Shown: piece by piece, positions 51,071 to 64,000 of the stretch | Position numbering within the stretch: position 1 is the first letter of the stretch | Layout of the letters: each line of letters begins with the position of its first letter | From: Eledone cirrhosa | Lineage: Eukaryota | Reading direction: 5' to 3' | Assembly (NCBI GenBank): GCA_964016885.1 | Contig: CAXHJY010001301.1 | Location: 45,608-109,607 of the forward strand | DNA length: 64,000 bases | Program-made: the position numbers and the translations under genes | The notes under the pieces: generated by a model | Databases searched by the model: none | What the model was told of the DNA's origin: nothing | Seen by the model: only the letters and a program-made list of their open reading frames with translations

Positions 51071-51620
51071 TAGTAAATATAATAGTATATATAATAGTAT
51101 ATATAATAGTAAATATAATAGTATATATAATAGTAAATATAATAGTAAATATAATAGTATATATAATAGTATATATAATAGTATATATAATAGTATATAT
51201 AATAGTAAATATAATAGTATATATAATAGTATATATAATAGTATATATAATAGTATATATAATAGTATATATAATAGTATATATAATAGTATATATAATA
51301 GTATCTATAATAGTATATATAATAGTATATATAATAGTATATTTAATAGTATATTTAATAGTATATATAATAGTATATATAATAGTATATATAATAGTAA
51401 ATATAATAGTATATATAATAGTATATATAATAGTATATATAATAGTATATATAATAGTAAATATAATAGTAAATATAATAGTATATATAATAGTATATAT
51501 AATAGTATATATAATAGTATATATAATAGTATATATAATAGTATATATAATAGTATATATAATAGTAAATATAATAGTATATATAATAGTATATATAATA
51601 GTATATATAATAGTATATAT
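51071..51620. repeat. 12-bp minisatellite (TAGTATATATAA / TAGTAAATATAA), ~46 units
   Basis: Exact 12-bp period; shorter arrays of the same unit at 48150-48209 (5 units) and 50101-50172 (6 units). Confidence 0.95.
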
Positions 51621-51796
51621 AGAGTAATGTAAATGCTAAAGGGTTAAGGGTACATGTGTCTGTGGGATGCTCACCTTCTTGCACATTCCGTTCATGCGCA
51701 TGACTATCCTGTTGATCAAACAACTGGAACATCTGTTGCGGGAACTGATAGAAGCCTAACAACAATCTGCTGTAGAATAGATGCACTGCCTTTGCT

Positions 51797-52090
51797 TGTT
51801 GTGAGAGGTGACTAAGGATACACTGTATCTCTGCCTGTTGTGAGAGGTGATACTGTATTGTGAGAGGTGACACTCTGTGCCTGCTGGTAGTGAGAGGTGA
51901 CACTGTATCCCTGCCTGCTGGTTGTGAGAGGTGACACTCTGTGCCTGCTGGTAGTGAGAGGTGACACTGTATCCCTGCCTGCTGGTTGTGAGAGGTGACA
52001 CTCTGTGCCTGCTGGTTGTGAGAGGTGACACGCTGCCTGTTGGTTGTGAAAGGTGACACTGCATCTCTGATTGTTGTGAGAGGTGACTAA
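51797..52090. repeat. ~30-bp minisatellite (gttgtgagaggtgacactgtatccctgcctgctg)
   Basis: About ten units; unit resembles the head motif of the 9501-type retroposon. Confidence 0.85.
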
Positions 52091-54786
52091 TTGGCTGTAA
52101 GAAATTACCTAAAAAAACGACCTCATGGAAAGTATAAAGTTTTAAATGAGGCCCACAAGACACACCTCTTTGTTAACAAGGAAACAACCTTAAAAACTCT
52201 AGTTGTATTGTGTGATGCGTGTTTGTGTGTTTACATGAAAATTGGTAGGATTAATGATTTCCTTCAAGTTTATTTATTTCCAACACGATAAAATGCATCT
52301 AGCTCACTCTGTAAAGTTCTTATTACTAGGAAGGGAATCCATCTGTAAAATTATACAGGAAAGAGTAAAGCAGGCTTTTAGTCACTTCAAGGTCAAGACA
52401 ACCTTCCTAGTGCTTGTGACATGATAAAATGTACCCAGTACACTCTAAAGTAAGTAGTGCCAGGAAGGACATAACAGCTGTAAAAACCATGCTGATAAAT
52501 GGAATGAGAACTTTAAAATAAACAACTGTCACAGAACCAAGGTATACCAGTTTGGTATGAGAAAGTTTAACCCCTTTGACACCAAACTACCTGAAGCCAC
52601 CCTTTGTTCTATGATACAAAACTGTTTGCTTTAAAGTGTTTATATTTAACTAAAAGCCTTCCATATTTTTATGTAATAAACCATGTTTCAAAGAGCAGCT
52701 TAATAATTGTTTCTATTTTTGACACAAGGTCAGCAATTACCCCAGTACATTACTGGTACTTTATTTTATTGACCCCGTAAGGATGAAAGCAAAGTTTCAT
52801 TATATTACTAAATTCCTTCAATATTTTTAATTACTTTCAAAATGATTTGTAAACCATAGGCAGTCTTTCATTAGAAATTTAGGTATTAAAAAGATTTAGT
52901 AATAATTCCTGCATTTTTGAGATCAATCATCTGGGACATGATGTGTTGTGATTCATTCTCTGCCATGAACCATCCCAGTTTGGCTGCAAACCTGGACACA
53001 GCAGCTTGCAATTTTTATGTAGAATAAATACTACACATTTATCATCAACCAATGAGTGAATATCTTTCTTGCCTCTTCTTTACCTTATCATAACTTGTCA
53101 AGGAAGGGTTGTTTGCTCAACTTTCTCTAGCAGCACTGAAGTGATTCTGTGTCAACCTTTATCTCAACACTGTCCTTATTGTCAAAGTATTGAAGATATT
53201 AAACAAAAAATAGAATATTATATTCCTTGAAATTTCTATGAGACTATTTTTGCTAATTTTTAAATATTTTCTTTTCTTTGATGCCAGTTTTGTTTTATAA
53301 CTCGGTTTTCAGTTTCAATGTAATAATCTTTGTGTTTTTCTGGAATGAGATATTTTTCTTTTATCTCACTCTATTTGATCTCTTTGTCGATGTCACAAGG
53401 GTGAAGAAGATCGTTTTTCTTTTCTTGGAAGGGTATAGACATAATGAAAAATGGTTACAGTTAAAAAAGATGTATCATTTAGGGATTAAAAAAAATCTTT
53501 CTTTTTTTGTTCTGCATTGATATTTGTTGTTTAATAAAATGTTTGTTGTTGTCTTGTAAGAACCAGAACTAGTCACAGAAGTTGTCTTGTCTTGTAAGAA
53601 CTACAGCTAACAGAAGTATTGTTTTGTAAGATATAAAGTAAAAAGATAAAATAAAATAATTTTTAATCAACCCTTTTGATACCAAACAGCTTGAAACCGC
53701 CTCTGGTTCTACGTTACAAAACTGTTTCTTTTTAGATATTTATATTTATCTAAAGACATTGCATCATAAATTTTCTGTAAGAACTTTGTGTTATATTCCA
53801 AACACCAGCTTAATAATGAGAAATTTAATTATATTACTATAAATTCTTACAAATTTTTGATAATTTTCAACCTAAGATTATAATTTTATGTAAGAACCTT
53901 TATATTCTAAACACCAGCTTAATAAGAAAGTTATATAACTAAGGCCTTCTAAATTCTTGATTATTTTCAAACTGATTTTAAAATGATAGGCAGTGTCTTT
54001 CATTAGAAATATAATGAAAGAATTAATGACATAGGCAGTGTCTTTGATTATGTCATTAACCTTTTCATTACTATATTTCTAATCAGTCTCTTTCATTAGA
54101 AATATAGTAATGAAAGGGTTAATTAATAACCTATGTTGTGTGTTACATGAGTTAACAATCAAGTAAAAATAGTGAAATAAAAGAATGTCATCATTTCTCT
54201 GTAGTGTAATTGCAGGAGTGTTACAATCTAATTTTGTTTCATTTGTTAGTAATATTATTATTAGTTGCTGCAGGTTTTCTTCTGTCATTGGCATCTGTAG
54301 TTAGTTATTCCTGTTAATACTACCAGTTAGTCTAGTTAATATAGATCATGACTCAGCATGTTATCAGTTCTTCTAGTTAATATATATATTCTAGTTAATA
54401 TGTGAGTGATTAGTGTAATACAAATTATTCTAGTTAATACATATTCTAGTTAATGTATATTTTAGTTAATTTATATATTCTACATATGATATATATTCTA
54501 GTTTAGAATATATCATAACTAGAACACATTCTAGTTAAGATGCATAGTCTAGTTAAGACGCATAGTCTAGTTAGGATGTTTATTCTAAATATTATGAGTG
54601 ATCAGCATACTAACAGTCAAGTTAGTATATATATTATGTTTATTGGTCAGTAGTATACTACCAGTTATTTTAGTTGAAATATATTCTAATTAAGATATTA
54701 CTAACAGTCAAATTAATATATATTATAATGACTAGCACAAAAAAACCACCCTATGGGTGGTTTTCTGCTAGCATGTGTAGTGTGTA

Positions 54787-55230
54787 TCATCATCATCATC
54801 ATCATCAGGTTTAGCGTCCGTGTTCCACGCTTGCATGGGTTTGGACGGGGGTTTTCCCACTTGAGGCAAGAGTGGTTGTCTTGCTCGCATAGGACTGTCT
54901 GGCGGGTTTTCTACAGTTGGATGCCCTTCCTAACACCAACCACATTTACAGTGTGGGGCTGGGAGGTTTTTACCGTGTTGCCTACACGGCCACATTACAG
55001 CGTGGACTGTCTGGCGGGTTTTCTACAGCTGGATGCCCTTCCTAACACCAACCACATTTACAGTGTGGGGCTGGGAGGTTTTTACCGTGTTGCCTACACG
55101 GCCACATTTACAGCGTGGACTGTGTGTTTTTTGTCGTGACACCTACACGATCTCATTTGTTTCGGCCTGGATGTTGTGGGACCAACATAACTTTACATTG
55201 AAAGGGGCGGTGTGGGTGGGGTGGAGGTGG
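54787..55230 (-). mobile_element. RTE 3' UTR with an internal ~113-bp tandem duplication
   Basis: (CAT)n at the left end; ggactgtctggcgggttttctacag...cacattacagcgtggact occurs twice. Confidence 0.8.
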
Positions 55231-55394
55231 TGTATATTGATATTATACACAAATATATATGCATGTAAATATGATACATCAAATAAAATCGTAAGTGACA
55301 ATATACACAGAAATTCAACAAAGCCTATGTTACACTGTCTTCTGTAATCAGTAATCCATGATATATTAAAAAAAAGACGACATTATATATATAA

Positions 55395-55565
55395 GTTACA
55401 GCCCTTTATGATCTGAGTTCAAATCCTGCCGAGGTTAACTTTGCCTTTCATCCTTACAGGCTCGATAAAATAAAGCACCAGTAATGCACTGGGGTTGATT
55501 TATTCGACTTTTCCTTCCCCTTAAAAAAATTGCTGGCCTTGTGCCTAAAGCAGAAACAATTATTT
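55395..55565 (+). mobile_element. Meta/MESC-like SINE, long-tail variant, 5'-truncated
   Basis: B-box and core as at 4316-4510; retains the ggggttgatttattcgact...cccc segment. Confidence 0.75.
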
Positions 55566-57269
55566 ATTCAAAGTAATCCAACTTATTTTACAAACGGGGT
55601 AAAAAAATATATTCTGGACGCAATCCCACAGACCTTCCTTTATTATAGTTAAGATTGATCAGCAGTTTTTTTCTGTCACACAAACATTATGTTCTGATAA
55701 AAGTAGTCCCAAATTTTTATTTAGTATTCTAGTATTCATGAAATACAGTTAAGACATAAAAGAGGTGGAGGGGTAACTGTTCTAAAATGTTTTCATCATC
55801 ATCGTCCGCTTTTCCCTGCTTGCAAGGGTGGGACTTTAAAGTTTGAAGGAAGTGAATATTTCGTATATTCCATCTGTAAAACGGGTAATATACTAGTGAT
55901 AATAATTGTTACAATATTTGTGTATTCCTCGGCTTGTTGTTGCAATTTATTTTTAAGTTCAAAGCAAAAAAAAGCAATGTAGCCTGTTAGTTTACTCACT
56001 AGATTCAGTTGGATTCTAGACTTGCCCGTAAGTAAATATTTCAGTAACTGTGATATGAATATTTATTAACTCTTAACATCTTGTAACTAATTAGCAGAAA
56101 ATATTCAAAAACATGTTTGTTTGTTCATTCAAATGTTTATTGTATCTTTATTAGTAGACAGAAAGTTGTTGTGAAAGTTTGTAAAACTCTGAATTTTTAA
56201 TGTGATGCAGTCAGTGATATTTTGAAGTTTTTAAGAATGTCTTGTTAGTGTGGTTTCGTGTGGTACAGGATGTTAAAAGTTAAAATTGTTGCTAAGTGTA
56301 AGCCATTTGAAATAGATCTAGATATATCGTTGTGAAGAACTACATTTATACCATATTGTAGGATCATGAAGGCGTTTGACTAAGTAGTTTGGGTGTTGGA
56401 CTCCATAAAGTCATGGTTCCTATTCCTGGATTGAGTAGTATGTTAATGTCTTTCTACAAGACACTTCATTTCATGTTGCTCCAGACCACACAGATGGGGA
56501 AAAAAAAGAAGTCAAAATGAGTACTAGCACAGGCTGATGGTCAACTCCGGTAACGGATTGGTGTCCAGTTTCATGAGAAAACTGGAGCTCCTATCATTAA
56601 AACATGCAGGAAACCTATGAGATACAACCTTGTAGGAGGCCAACTAAACCTACATAGATATGAACTGTAACAACAACAGGATGATGGAACTGGAGTCTCA
56701 TTAAAACACCTGAGAAACCTGCTATGAGATGAAAACTGATCTTCATTTATATTTTTGTTTTATCTTTCAACTGCAATGGGCTTAACTCATTATCATCTGC
56801 AACATGCTTACCTTTCTTTTGAAGCTACTGCTAATTAGACCATTTATTCACACCTAACTGTTGTGTTGGACAGTCTTAAGATAAAAATTATTTTTTACTA
56901 ACCCATTGGCCATTATATTCCTTCTCTCTCTCTCTGACCCCCCTCTCTGACCTCCTCTGCGCCCTCTCTGACCTCCTCCCTGACCTCCCTCTCTCTGCCC
57001 CCTCCCCCTCTCTCTCTGCATGCATATGTGTGTGTGTGTCTGTGTCTATATATGTAGATATATATAGAGAATTAGTGTATCTACCAACATATGTATACAG
57101 ATGAATACTCATGCAAGCAAATATATATGTTATGTCTTAGTACCTTTGTGGTTCTATGCAAGGGGATGCAGAACAATTATATGAAAGACGTAAAATAAGA
57201 AAATTTTAAAATTAACTTACTTACTAAAATTTCCACTCCAACTAATTAGTTTCTGTAAGGGAATAAATA

Positions 57270-57490
57270 TAGTTACGCAACGCAACTATAGAGAAATCCT
57301 TACGTCATCAGGGAGTCTATTCTCAGCTAAGTTCCCAGGCAATGCGCGGACACTAGGAACCCATATAAAAATAATAATTCAGTGGAGTGGATGGAAAAAA
57401 GCAAGCGGGGACTAGATTCCAGGGCACTGAAAAAATTCACTGCCTACTTGGTCAGTGGCAAATTCTAAAGAACCAATCACGTGACACTGA
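57270..57490. promoter_or_regulatory. Candidate cis-regulatory motif cluster
   Basis: TTACGCAA at 57273-57280, TTACGTCA at 57300-57307, TATAAAA at 57364-57370 and CCAATCACGTGAC at 57473-57485, in non-repetitive CpG-retaining sequence. Confidence 0.3.
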
Positions 57491-57612
57491 GGTTAATCAG
57501 TGAGGAGTGGAGTGGTGATAAGACAAGAGCCTAACTACTACCATGAAACAGAGCAGTAAATTTCGGCAAGTTTTGCTCAACAAATAATTTGAAGATAAAT
57601 ATAGATATAAAT

Positions 57613-62450
<4,838 letters not shown>

Positions 62451-62882
62451 TATTAATAAGAGGAATTCCAACTTTGTCTGATTTACTCGTTTTATTTACA
62501 ATCCTTTAAAATATATATAATGGTATTATAATGAAATAGTATGATAGAATATTAAATTCTAAGTGTTATTGAACAAGTACTTTCATGCTTTCGCAATCTT
62601 CAGGTTCATGATATGTGGTGACAGTCGAGTTTGCAATTTTCAACAGTTGAAAATTGCAAACTCGACTGTCACCACATATCATGAACCTGAAGATTGCGAA
62701 AGCATGAAAGTACTTGTTCAATTAACACTTAGAATTTAATATTCTATCATACTATTTCATTATAATACCATTATATATATTTTAAAGGATTGTAAATAAA
62801 ACGAGTAAATCAGACAAAGTTGGAATTCCTCTTATTAATATAATCTTCTATACACAATCATACACACCCGTGTATATTTACC
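62451..62882 (+). mobile_element. Penelope-like pLTR fragment as a near-perfect 390-bp palindrome
   Basis: Arms 62451-62644 and 62646-62840 are reverse complements around a single base (62645), with one 1-nt indel visible. Each arm carries a minimal hammerhead; the right arm extends ~40 nt further. Confidence 0.75.
62682..62720 (+). ncRNA. Minimal type I hammerhead ribozyme (mirror copy on minus strand at 62570-62608)
   Basis: tgaac-CTGAAGA-t-tgc/gaaa/gca-t-GAAA-gtac-T-T-gttca. Stem I tgaac:gttca, intact CUGAnGA and GAAA cores, GNRA-capped stem II, palindromic AGUACU stem III. Predicted cleavage after 62715. Confidence 0.7.
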
Positions 62883-62884
62883 TA

Positions 62885-64000
<1,116 letters not shown>

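Larger units (their letters stand above)
47989..51643 (+). mobile_element. piggyBac-type MITE family 2, split by Helitrons and a 12-mer array, itself inside a SINE
   Basis: TTAA at 47985-47988 and 51644-51647; the two halves match 30405-30723; the flanks rejoin as a SINE body (...gagaattacattaa|gggtacatgtgtctgtgg...). Confidence 0.85.

Noticed and set aside
50899-52059. ORFs with IVYI / YNSI / YYYI repeats
   Set aside because: Products of the 12-bp minisatellite.
51071-52090. Possible CRISPR-like arrays
   Set aside because: Units are contiguous with no unique spacers, there are no cas genes, and the context is eukaryotic.
52900-53010. Minus-strand peptide AKLGWFMAENESQHIMSQMIDLKNAGII resembling an EF-hand
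   Set aside because: Short, lacks canonical loop residues and convincing splice sites.

Overview
AT-rich, repeat-saturated animal genomic DNA. The SINE, RTE-tail and microsatellite repertoire strongly resembles a coleoid cephalopod (Octopus-like); this is inferred, not confirmed. No intact host protein-coding gene is recognisable. The window holds a CR1/L2-type LINE 3' end, an internally deleted Hsmar2-like mariner, and a 5'-truncated RTE LINE with a PHD finger inside its RT, plus several RTE 3' tails. It also holds two tandem decayed Tx1/L1-clade LINEs in a (TATC)nTGCA repeat, several non-autonomous Helitrons (one composite pair occurs twice), two TTAA/piggyBac-type MITE families, many tRNA-derived SINEs, and a ~6 kb (TA/TG) microsatellite. 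Most notable: (i) two Penelope-type inverted repeats carrying minimal hammerhead-ribozyme folds, one a near-perfect 390-bp palindrome; (ii) Helitrons inserted in register into a 12-mer array (5+6+~46 units) grown from a site that is single-copy in an empty sister MITE; (iii) apparent microsatellite targeting by the Tx1 elements. Family names come from motif recognition and recall, not database searches.
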